A DNA stretch of 64,000 nt from a virus (Duplodnaviria > Heunggongvirae > Uroviricota > Caudoviricetes), in IMG/VR virus record IMGVR_UViG_3300043568_002650, positions 512 to 64,511 of that record. One strand, written 5' to 3'. Below are positions 17,840-24,886 of the stretch, piece by piece. The notes beneath the pieces are model-generated. The model saw nothing but the letters and a program-made list of their open reading frames with translations, searched no databases and was not told the origin of the DNA. The position numbers were made by a program, and so were the translations under genes. Numbering within the stretch: position 1 is the first letter of the stretch; the number at the start of each line of letters is the position of its first letter.

Positions 17840-19468
17840 ATGACAAAGTTTAGAAACGACAAACTTCGTTCGACGCTAGCTGGAATGCAGCCTCAAGCGA
17901 ATCTGGTAGAAGCGGTGAAAATCCCAAAACCAGACACTAAGAATCGTCAAGGACATGCAGCTTATTCACAAGATAAGTGGCTTAGACTCTTGACGATGTT
18001 AAACACACTAAAGCTAGAAAATCAATTCTATCGTTCTGAGACAGAAACGATGAGGGAGTTGAAAGGACTAGTCGATGAGTGTGCAAAAGAAGACGCTTAC
18101 TTCGTAGCTCAATCTATCGTGTATTCACGATGTGTTGGTGAAGGAATGAGATCAATTAACCACCTTGCGGCAAGCTACCTAGCTCCACACTGTGCGGGTC
18201 AAGAATGGGCAAAACGTTTCTATTCCCTATGGAACAAACGTACTCAATCCGGAGGAACATTATTTCGTCCAGATGATATGGCTGAAATCGTTGCATGCTT
18301 CTCAGCATTAAACGGGACTAAAGTCACAAATGCAATGAAAAAAGGATTTGCTGATGCTCTTGAAAACTTAGATGCTTATGCATTACTAAAATACAAGAGC
18401 TCTCTAGTTGACGTAATCAACTTAGTTCACCCAAATCCATCAGCGTCTAGTGCAGTAGCAGAGGTAAATGGAGAAAAAGTTCCAGTTCTTTCGGCTATCA
18501 TGAAAGGCTTATCAGTATCTGCGGATACTTGGGAAGTTGCTCAGTCTGATGCAGGTCAAGAAGTTGCGAAAGCAGTTAAAGAAGGTAAAATCGACAAGTC
18601 AGAAGCTGAAACTATCCTAAAGGAAGCTAAGGCTGAAAACTGGGATGCTCTTTTAACTGACGGTAAACTTGGAATCCTAGCTGCTCTTCGAAATATTAGA
18701 AATGTATTGAAGACAGTTAACAAAGGAGACACGGTTACTAAATTGACTGCTCTTTTATCTAGTCCAGATGCAATCCGAAAAGGAAAGATTATGCCATACC
18801 AAATTGACCTAGCTCACGAGGTAACGATCTCAGAATTCTCTGATTCTAATGCTAGAGCGATTGCACAAGCATTACTTAAAGGATATGAAGCAGCTGTGCC
18901 AAACCTTTCAGAGATGCTTCCTGGTAAGACTCTAGTAATGGTGGATTTCTCTGGATCAATGGGTACACCAATGACGGATGGCGCAAGAAGCGGAAAACGT
19001 TATACTAGTCGATGCATGGATAAAGCGGCTTTGATCGCAGCAACCATTGCAAAGGCAACAAATGGAGATGTAATCCGATTTGGTTCAAGTGCTGAATACG
19101 TAAAATGGAACGCTAACTCTGATGTATTCTCTATTGCTAGCGCAATGAAGAGAGATATGGGAGGAACTAACTTATCAGCAGCATGGGCAGTAGCTCAAAT
19201 GTCTGGACGTCAGTACGACCGAGTGTTCATCTTATCTGATAATGAGTGTAACCGTGGAAACTCTTACAAAGCATACGAGACATACACAAAAGCATGCGGA
19301 AGCCCATACGTTTACTCGGTGGATCTAGCAGCTTACGGAACGACTCAACTTGCTGGAGATAAAGTTCGTTTCTACTATGGATACGGATACTCAATGTTCG
19401 ATGATATCGCAAAAAGCGAGTTCAATCCAAATTATCACTTAGAGAAAGTTCGCAAGATCAAAATCTAA
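17840..19468 (+). CDS. rsr: TROVE/vWA RNA-binding protein (Ro60/Rsr family)
   Basis: helical TROVE-like region (LKYKSSLVDVINLVHP, ALRNIRN, IMPYQI) and vWA MIDAS VDFSGSM...GGTNL...FILSDNE. Confidence 0.85.
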   Translation: MTKFRNDKLRSTLAGMQPQANLVEAVKIPKPDTKNRQGHAAYSQDKWLRLLTMLNTLKLENQFYRSETETMRELKGLVDECAKEDAYFVAQSIVYSRCVGEGMRSINHLAASYLAPHCAGQEWAKRFYSLWNKRTQSGGTLFRPDDMAEIVACFSALNGTKVTNAMKKGFADALENLDAYALLKYKSSLVDVINLVHPNPSASSAVAEVNGEKVPVLSAIMKGLSVSADTWEVAQSDAGQEVAKAVKEGKIDKSEAETILKEAKAENWDALLTDGKLGILAALRNIRNVLKTVNKGDTVTKLTALLSSPDAIRKGKIMPYQIDLAHEVTISEFSDSNARAIAQALLKGYEAAVPNLSEMLPGKTLVMVDFSGSMGTPMTDGARSGKRYTSRCMDKAALIAATIAKATNGDVIRFGSSAEYVKWNANSDVFSIASAMKRDMGGTNLSAAWAVAQMSGRQYDRVFILSDNECNRGNSYKAYETYTKACGSPYVYSVDLAAYGTTQLAGDKVRFYYGYGYSMFDDIAKSEFNPNYHLEKVRKIKI

Positions 19469-19480
19469 ATAAAAAATAAG

Positions 19481-19564
19481 ATTGCTGGGTGGCAAGTTAC
19501 AGAGTTACTTCTTTATATCTGAAACATAAAACCAAAATACTCTCGACAGTATTCCCCCAGCAAT
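19481..19564 (+). ncRNA. Y-RNA-like RNA 1 (minimal)
   Basis: 9-bp ATTGCTGGG/CCCAGCAAT stem, interrupted helix, TTACTTC motif, 13 nt after TROVE stop. Confidence 0.6.
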
Positions 19565-19571
19565 TTTTTAT

Positions 19572-19675
19572 AGTCAGGTGGCGGAATGGTAGACGCTACA
19601 TTAATGGGTGGATAGTGTGCCATTGGGGAAGAACCATAAAAGTTACACATATGGGTTCGATTCCTGTCCTGACTA
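19572..19675 (+). ncRNA. AGTCAGG-family tRNA-like RNA B
   Basis: near-copy of 15448-15551 with compensatory GCGT/ACGC to GTGT/ACAC change. Confidence 0.7.
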
Positions 19676-19696
19676 CAAAAAAATATTAAGAATAAT

Positions 19697-19728
19697 TTTA
19701 AACGTAAAAGGATTCTTAGTATTATAAT
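19697..19728 (+). promoter_or_regulatory. middle-class promoter TTTAA(A/T)-N19-20-TATAAT (also 13173, 13687, 59434, 60679)
   Basis: five + strand copies with AGTATTATA(A/G) core and near-constant spacing. Confidence 0.6.
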
Positions 19729-19758
19729 CAAGTAAACAAGTTCTTTGAAAAAAATTAA

Positions 19759-19889
19759 TTATCGGGTAGTAATGCAAAAGGTTACTTCTTAGCTCAGCGG
19801 TTGAGCAATTTTCTTAAACAAAATAGGCCGCGGGTTCAATTCCCGCAGAAGCGCGAAAGCGTTACACCTTTGCAACTTTCTCCTGATAA
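19759..19889 (+). ncRNA. Y-RNA-like RNA 2 with embedded tRNA-like cloverleaf
   Basis: TTATCGGG/CCTGATAA stem, bulged TGCAAAAGGT/ACCTTTGCA helix, D arm, CTTAAAC loop, T arm. Confidence 0.7.
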
Positions 19890-19895
19890 ACTTAT

Positions 19896-20034
19896 TAAAG
19901 GTAATAGTAATCTAAACCGTTACTTCGTCTGTTAAACGAGAGGTCGTTGGTTCGAATCCAACATGGGGAGTAATCTTCATTAGCTCAGCTGGCTAGAGCG
20001 CTAAAATCTCGGTTGGAAACTTTCTTTACCTTTA
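19896..20034 (+). ncRNA. Y-RNA-like RNA 3 with circularly permuted tRNA-Asn(GTT)
   Basis: TAAAGGTAA/TTACCTTTA stem; order: anticodon arm, T arm, ATGGGGA-GTAA-TCTTCAT closed acceptor, D arm. Confidence 0.75.
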
Positions 20035-20040
20035 TCATTT

Positions 20041-20245
20041 GGAAGATATTCCCTCAGTTATGAGCTAATAGCAGTTTATTCTAGTTTCCTATAAAACTAG
20101 AGGTGCTGTTGACTGGGGCCAGAATCAGTTAATGCCTTTTTAGAGAGCGAAGAGTTTGGAAGCGAAGCTCTACCTTTGATCAGATGCTAGCATGAAGATC
20201 AAGCATAAGAGGCCGGAAGATGGAATGTAAGCCGGCCTCTTTTTT
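20041..20245 (+). ncRNA. candidate structured ncRNA ending in a GC hairpin plus U tract
   Basis: TCTAGTTT/AAACTAGA, TTGACTG/CAGTTAA, TTGATC/GATCAA, AAGAGGCCGG/CCGGCCTCTT. Confidence 0.4.
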
Positions 20246-20259
20246 AAAATCAATTTATT

Positions 20260-20338
20260 GGAGTGTTGAGCATTTGGCTGGCTCGCTTGACTGTAAATCA
20301 AGTCCTAACGGCATGGGGGTTCGAATCCCTTCACTCCA
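20260..20338 (+). tRNA. trnY: tRNA-Tyr(GTA)
   Basis: variable arm, loop CTGTAAA. Confidence 0.92.
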
Positions 20339-20341
20339 ACG

Positions 20342-20478
20342 AAAGATAGTGGCCTTCTCTGTCGATGCTGTCGACAAGCTAAGCAGATCAAAGAATTTCA
20401 TCACCCTTTGCTGAGGCCTCATTAAAACTCAGGAAGCAATTAAGATTGGAGCGAGACGGGTACTCCATCACTATCTTT
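20342..20478 (+). ncRNA. candidate structured spacer ncRNA
   Basis: perfect 10-bp AAAGATAGTG/CACTATCTTT closing stem with internal hairpins. Confidence 0.55.
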
Positions 20479-20487
20479 TATTTTTTC

Positions 20488-20561
20488 GGTCTGTCAGTCC
20501 AGTTGGAGTGGACGCCTGCCTGTCACGTAGGAGATCACGGGTTCGAGTCCCGTACGGACCG
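20488..20561 (+). tRNA. trnD: tRNA-Asp(GTC)
   Basis: cloverleaf, loop CTGTCAC. Confidence 0.95.
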
Positions 20562-20614
20562 CCGGGAATATTTTGTACCTTCATTGAGATAAATAATCAA
20601 AATGAAGGTACACT

Positions 20615-21271
20615 ATGGCAAGAAAGGAACATCAATATCATTACATTTACAAGACTACTTGTAATGTTACTGGAAGATATTACATCGGGATGCACTCGAC
20701 TTCTAACTTAGAAGATAGATATATTGGAAGCGGGACTAGATTATGGAAGTCACTCAATAAACATGGAAAGGAGAATCATTCAATTGAAATATTAGAATGG
20801 TATTCAGATAGAAATTCATTGAAACTAAGAGAAAAAGAATTAGTTAATGAGGAAACTCTTAATGATCCAATGTGTATGAATTTAATGATTGGTGGAGGAG
20901 GTGGAAAAATATCAGACGAGCAACAAAGGTCTAGATCAATCACTGGAGGTCGTGCATTTGCTAATAAATTAAAAAGTGATCCTGAGTTATTAAAACACGT
21001 TCAAATGATTGCATCAAATAACTTGAAAAAATTACATGAGAAAGGAGATTTCAATTATAATACTTTTCAAGGAAAGACGCATTCCGATGAGACTAAAAAT
21101 AAAATTGGAGCAGCAAATTCAATTAAGCAGAGTGGATATAATAATTCACAATATGGAACTTGTTGGATAACTAATGAAATTGATTCTAAGAAAATTCATA
21201 AGGGCGATCTTATCCCAAGTGGATGGAGATTAGGTCGAAAAGCCCTCAAAATAAGAAGTCGTAACTCCTAG
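20615..21271 (+). CDS. GIY-YIG homing endonuclease with NUMOD3-like motif (Seg-like)
   Basis: YIYKTTCNVTGRYYIGMHST...YIGSG; GKTHSDETKNKIG. Confidence 0.88.
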   Translation: MARKEHQYHYIYKTTCNVTGRYYIGMHSTSNLEDRYIGSGTRLWKSLNKHGKENHSIEILEWYSDRNSLKLREKELVNEETLNDPMCMNLMIGGGGGKISDEQQRSRSITGGRAFANKLKSDPELLKHVQMIASNNLKKLHEKGDFNYNTFQGKTHSDETKNKIGAANSIKQSGYNNSQYGTCWITNEIDSKKIHKGDLIPSGWRLGRKALKIRSRNS

Positions 21272-21301
21272 TAAAAACCTAGGCTAATTTCTTGTTTATC
21301 T

Positions 21302-21377
21302 GGACTCATAGCTCAATTGGTAGAGCATCGCACTGTTAATGCGAGGGTTGTAGGATCGTGCCCTGCTGAGTCCGCCA
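21302..21377 (+). tRNA. trnN: tRNA-Asn(GTT)
   Basis: cloverleaf, encoded CCA, atypical T loop ATCGTGC. Confidence 0.9.
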
Positions 21378-21389
21378 AAAATTGAATAT

Positions 21390-21463
21390 ATCCATGTATT
21401 TCAGCTGGTTAGAATATCACCCTGATAAGGTGAAGGTCGAAGGTTCAAGTCCTTCCATGGATA
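21390..21463 (+). tRNA. trnI: tRNA-Ile(GAT)
   Basis: cloverleaf, loop CTGATAA. Confidence 0.93.
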
Positions 21464-21519
21464 CAAAGGGGAGTAACTTGCGTGGGTGCCCCAAGTGCTG
21501 CAGCATTACCACGCTCTAC

Positions 21520-21611
21520 GGAAATGTGTCAGAGTGGTTTATTGTACTTCCCTGCTAAGGAAGTGGTCGCTGCAAAGAGGCCCGTTGGTTCGAATCCAGC
21601 CATTTCCGCCA
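21520..21611 (+). tRNA. trnS: tRNA-Ser(GCT)
   Basis: long variable arm, loop CTGCTAA, encoded CCA. Confidence 0.95.
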
Positions 21612-21614
21612 AAC

Positions 21615-21684
21615 ATCGTGACTTAGTGGAAAAGAACGAGCTCTCATAAGGCACGTCAAGTGAGTTCGAACCTCACGCACGATA
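21615..21684 (+). tRNA. degenerate tRNA(CAT)
   Basis: good T arm and CTCATAA loop; weak D and anticodon stems. Confidence 0.55.
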
Positions 21685-21702
21685 CTAAAAAATAAAAAAA
21701 TT

Positions 21703-21858
21703 ATGAAAGTAATAATGACAGGAAATTTCGAATCATCTAAATTGATGCTTCGAGGAAGAGACCCATCGCCCAAAGGACGAAAGGGATGGCGTAGTCGGGC
21801 CGCACAAGTCTGCATCAAGTTTACGAATAAATTGACGAAGGCCAAGTCAATGGTGTAA
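21703..21858 (+). CDS. small basic hypothetical protein (51 aa)
   Basis: A-rich leader; below the ORF-track size cutoff. Confidence 0.45.
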   Translation: MKVIMTGNFESSKLMLRGRDPSPKGRKGWRSRAAQVCIKFTNKLTKAKSMV

Positions 21859-21891
21859 ATCGACTCTCCCCACTTACGGAGTGGGGTTTAT

Positions 21892-21966
21892 GGTGGTTGT
21901 AGCTCAGTTGGTTAGAGCGCTGGTTTGTGGTACCAGAGGTGGTGGGTTCGAGACCCATCTTCCACC
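21892..21966 (+). tRNA. trnH: tRNA-His(GTG)
   Basis: G-1:C73, loop TTGTGGT. Confidence 0.9.
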
Positions 21967-21979
21967 CAAAAAACAAAAT

Positions 21980-22062
21980 GCCTCGATGGTGGAATTGGTA
22001 GTCACGTCGTGTTTAAGCCGCGATATCTTTAAGGTGTGAGGGTTCGACTCCCTCTCGAGGTA
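21980..22062 (+). tRNA. trnL: tRNA-Leu(TAA)
   Basis: variable arm, loop TTTAAGC. Confidence 0.9.
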
Positions 22063-22064
22063 CT

Positions 22065-22183
22065 AAAGGAATGGTAAGTGAAGCTGTTAGGTACGATAAG
22101 GTTTAATCACCCAAAGCATTAAAAAAAGGGTTTGGAGTAAACGTACAAACCAGAAACCCCGAGAGACCCGAGGCCATTCCTTT
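22065..22183 (+). ncRNA. candidate structured spacer ncRNA
   Basis: perfect 10-bp AAAGGAATGG/CCATTCCTTT closing stem. Confidence 0.5.
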
Positions 22184-22188
22184 TCTTT

Positions 22189-22262
22189 ACACCTTTAGCT
22201 CAGCTGGATAGAGTCTCTGATTACGGATCAGATGGTCGGGAGTTCGAATCTCTCAAGGTGTA
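22189..22262 (+). tRNA. trnR: tRNA-Arg(ACG)
   Basis: cloverleaf, loop TTACGGA. Confidence 0.93.
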
Positions 22263-22308
22263 CTCTTATAGAATCCGATGTCGGTCCCGATCTAGGTCGG
22301 GCAAATAC

Positions 22309-22381
22309 ACAGACATAGCTCAGTTGGTAGAGCACTGGTCTCCAAAACCAGGTGTCGGGAGTTCGAGCCTCTCTGTCTGTG
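22309..22381 (+). tRNA. trnW: tRNA-Trp(CCA)
   Basis: cloverleaf, loop CTCCAAA. Confidence 0.95.
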
Positions 22382-22388
22382 CTCAATT

Positions 22389-22464
22389 GGTGAAGTAGCA
22401 AAGCTGGTCTATGCAGCGGACTGAAAATCCGATGATGGCGGTTCGACTCCGTCCTTCACCACCA
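22389..22464 (+). tRNA. trnF: tRNA-Phe(GAA)
   Basis: cloverleaf, loop CTGAAAA, encoded CCA. Confidence 0.93.
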
Positions 22465-22482
22465 AAAGCCAATATGTTTCAT

Positions 22483-22552
22483 GGTCAGGCTAGTCGCGGC
22501 GGCTAGTTGGTCTGCAAAACCACCGGAGTGAGTTCGACTCTCACCCTGACCT
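22483..22552 (+). tRNA. trnC: tRNA-Cys(GCA)
   Basis: loop CTGCAAA, U73; atypical D arm. Confidence 0.88.
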
Positions 22553-22573
22553 CTTTTTAATATGTCTCCTCAG

Positions 22574-22580
22574 ATAAATA
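22574..22580 (+). promoter_or_regulatory. T4-like late promoter (G/T)ATAAATA (also 106, 3317, 5272, 5712, 13513, 16370, 20589, 28586; - strand near 32225, 34140, 36418, 38320, 39310, 42958, 63323)
   Basis: recurrent ATAAATA 10-40 nt before starts; resembles the T4 late promoter TATAAATA. Confidence 0.7.
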
Positions 22581-22598
22581 ATAAAAAGTCTTATTGGG

Positions 22599-24278
22599 TT
22601 GGCACCTTTTCATATATTTGCAAAGAAAAATGCAAAGAAACTTTCAAATTTTAAAGTAGGAGTTAGCCTACGAATAAAGATAAAATTAGCAATTGCTGCA
22701 ATTCTAATGATTGCATATATGTGCGTTAAAATTTCAATTCTTGCTGGATTGCGTGAGTCTACTGAGGTTACTCGATGGATAGAATTTGTTGGTGTTATTT
22801 CATATATTCTAATATCAATCCTATTAATTAAAGACTTTATCAATTTAACTAAACATTCAGTATCTAAGGAATCTATTGATAAGATGAGTGAGTTAGAAAA
22901 TTTCTTAGACTCTTCGTCAATTATATCTAAGGCTGATGCTAAAGGTAAAATTACTTATGTAAATGATAAATTCACTAAGGTTTCTGGTTACTCACTAGAA
23001 GAAGTGCTTGGAAAAGATCACTCTATTGTAAATTCAGGAGATCAACCTGATGGATATTGGGGAAAAATGTATGCTCAAGTTCTTACTGGAAAAATATGGA
23101 ATGATGTAGTCACAAATAGAGCAAAGGATGGCTCTCTATATTATGTAGATACTTATATCAAAGCTCAATTTAATCAGCATGGTAAGCTTGAAGGATTTAT
23201 GTCGATTCGCCAAGATGTTACTGAGCTACGAAGAAGGGAGGCTGAGATATCTAATAGAATGAATGCAATTAATAGATCAAATGCTGTTATTGAATTTGAC
23301 CTAGATGGAAATATTAAATTTGCAAACGATTTATTTTTAAAAACATTAGGCTACTCCTTAAATAGTGAAATTATAGGAAAACACCATAGTTTATTTGTTG
23401 AAGATGAAGTAATAGATACTGATGAATATCGAGACTTTTGGAAAACATTGGGCACTGGCAAATTCTTTATGGGAGAGATCACTCGAAAGAAGAAAGACGG
23501 ATCACTAATCTATCTTCAAGCAACATATAATCCTATTATAGGCACTGATGGAAAGCCATATCGAGTAATGAAAATCGCTACTGATATTACTCAAAGTTTT
23601 AATCAACAAGCTGAAATTGAAAAGAAGAATACTTATCTTGAGCATGCGGCAAAGATTCTACGGCATGATATGCATAGTGGAATCAATACCTATATGCCTC
23701 GAGGATTATCATCACTAGAACGAAGACTTTCAGATGACCAGATAAAAGAGCTTAAGATTGAAGCTCCACTAAAAATGATTAAAGAAGGATTACGACACAC
23801 TCAAAAAGTATATAAAGGAGTTTACGAATTTACTAATCTAGTAAAAAAGGATGTTGTTCTTACTCGCGAAGACTTAAATCTCAAAGACATACTCGAGGAC
23901 TATTTGTCCTCGACTGCATATAGACCGCAAGTAATAATCTCAGATCTAGGTCAGTCTAGTGTTAATGAAGCATTATTTTGTACTTCATTAGATAATCTTA
24001 TTCGTAATGGTTTAAAGTATAATGACAGTCCTAGTAAACTAGTTAAGATATACCGTATTGATGATATTCTTTATGTTGAAGACAATGGACGCGGTTTAAG
24101 CCAAGAAGATTTTAACCATCTTTCCAAACCATATACACGAAAAGAAGGACAGCAGGAATCAGGAACTGGTCTTGGGCTTAATATCTGTATTGCAATTCTT
24201 GAAGAACATGGATTCTCTATTACTTGTTCTAAACTTTCACAAGTTGGAACGCAAATGAAAATACGACTAAGCAGATAA
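22599..24278 (+). CDS. PAS/PAC sensor histidine kinase
   Basis: 2 TM helices, two PAS-PAC units, H box RHDMHSG, N box DNLIRNGLKY, G1 EDNGRG, G2 GTGLGL. Confidence 0.92.
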   Translation: MAPFHIFAKKNAKKLSNFKVGVSLRIKIKLAIAAILMIAYMCVKISILAGLRESTEVTRWIEFVGVISYILISILLIKDFINLTKHSVSKESIDKMSELENFLDSSSIISKADAKGKITYVNDKFTKVSGYSLEEVLGKDHSIVNSGDQPDGYWGKMYAQVLTGKIWNDVVTNRAKDGSLYYVDTYIKAQFNQHGKLEGFMSIRQDVTELRRREAEISNRMNAINRSNAVIEFDLDGNIKFANDLFLKTLGYSLNSEIIGKHHSLFVEDEVIDTDEYRDFWKTLGTGKFFMGEITRKKKDGSLIYLQATYNPIIGTDGKPYRVMKIATDITQSFNQQAEIEKKNTYLEHAAKILRHDMHSGINTYMPRGLSSLERRLSDDQIKELKIEAPLKMIKEGLRHTQKVYKGVYEFTNLVKKDVVLTREDLNLKDILEDYLSSTAYRPQVIISDLGQSSVNEALFCTSLDNLIRNGLKYNDSPSKLVKIYRIDDILYVEDNGRGLSQEDFNHLSKPYTRKEGQQESGTGLGLNICIAILEEHGFSITCSKLSQVGTQMKIRLSR

Positions 24279-24886
24279 TGACAAAAATCCTTCACTTATT
24301 CTTCTTTCTTTTTTTATCATTTTTATCATACACACAAAATGACTACCCAGTTCAAACTGTTTTGAAAGGTGATTCTGTGGTAATCTATACAGTTGAGCAA
24401 AATAATGATATAGAGTTTCTTTTAGCAAACCAGAGAAACCGTGTAAACTATTTTAAAAATAATATTGCTAGACAAGAAGAGATTATTGATAGTCTAAATC
24501 GGCTAGTACAAAAGCAAAAACTTTTTGCTGACAGTTTACAGCTGATCCTAAACACAAATTCTAGTGATTATGATAGTTTATATGCAAAGTATCGCAATAC
24601 AGAAAAATGGCTTTATAATACAGCAGTTGACAATGCATTTATTTATTATTCATTTGAAAACTCTGCAGTCATGGCTATTGATTTAACCTCATATGTTTTA
24701 GTAGGTTATAAAAGATCTGGTAATTTTTTATTAGCACGCAGAGGACCAGTGTATGATGATCTGTACTGGAAAGAGTATAATCGAAACTACCCAAGTGAGC
24801 CTAACAACGATTGGCTTACCTTTTACAAAATACGTTGGAGGCCTTCGTTAGTGCAGTTTCCTTATCGAATAAACCCACAGCCATGA
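24278..24886 (+). CDS. exported hypothetical protein with coiled coil
   Basis: signal-peptide-like N-terminus MTKILHLFFFLFLSFLSYTQ. Confidence 0.75.
   Translation: MTKILHLFFFLFLSFLSYTQNDYPVQTVLKGDSVVIYTVEQNNDIEFLLANQRNRVNYFKNNIARQEEIIDSLNRLVQKQKLFADSLQLILNTNSSDYDSLYAKYRNTEKWLYNTAVDNAFIYYSFENSAVMAIDLTSYVLVGYKRSGNFLLARRGPVYDDLYWKEYNRNYPSEPNNDWLTFYKIRWRPSLVQFPYRINPQP

Noticed and set aside
17840-20034. Complete Rtc RNA-repair operon
   Set aside because: No RtcB, RtcA or RNA ligase gene is visible in this window.
14684-21845. ORF-track calls at 14684, 15195, 16014, 16693, 19489, 19513, 20220, 20508 and 21555
   Set aside because: They overlap clear tRNAs or structured RNAs and have no protein-like features.
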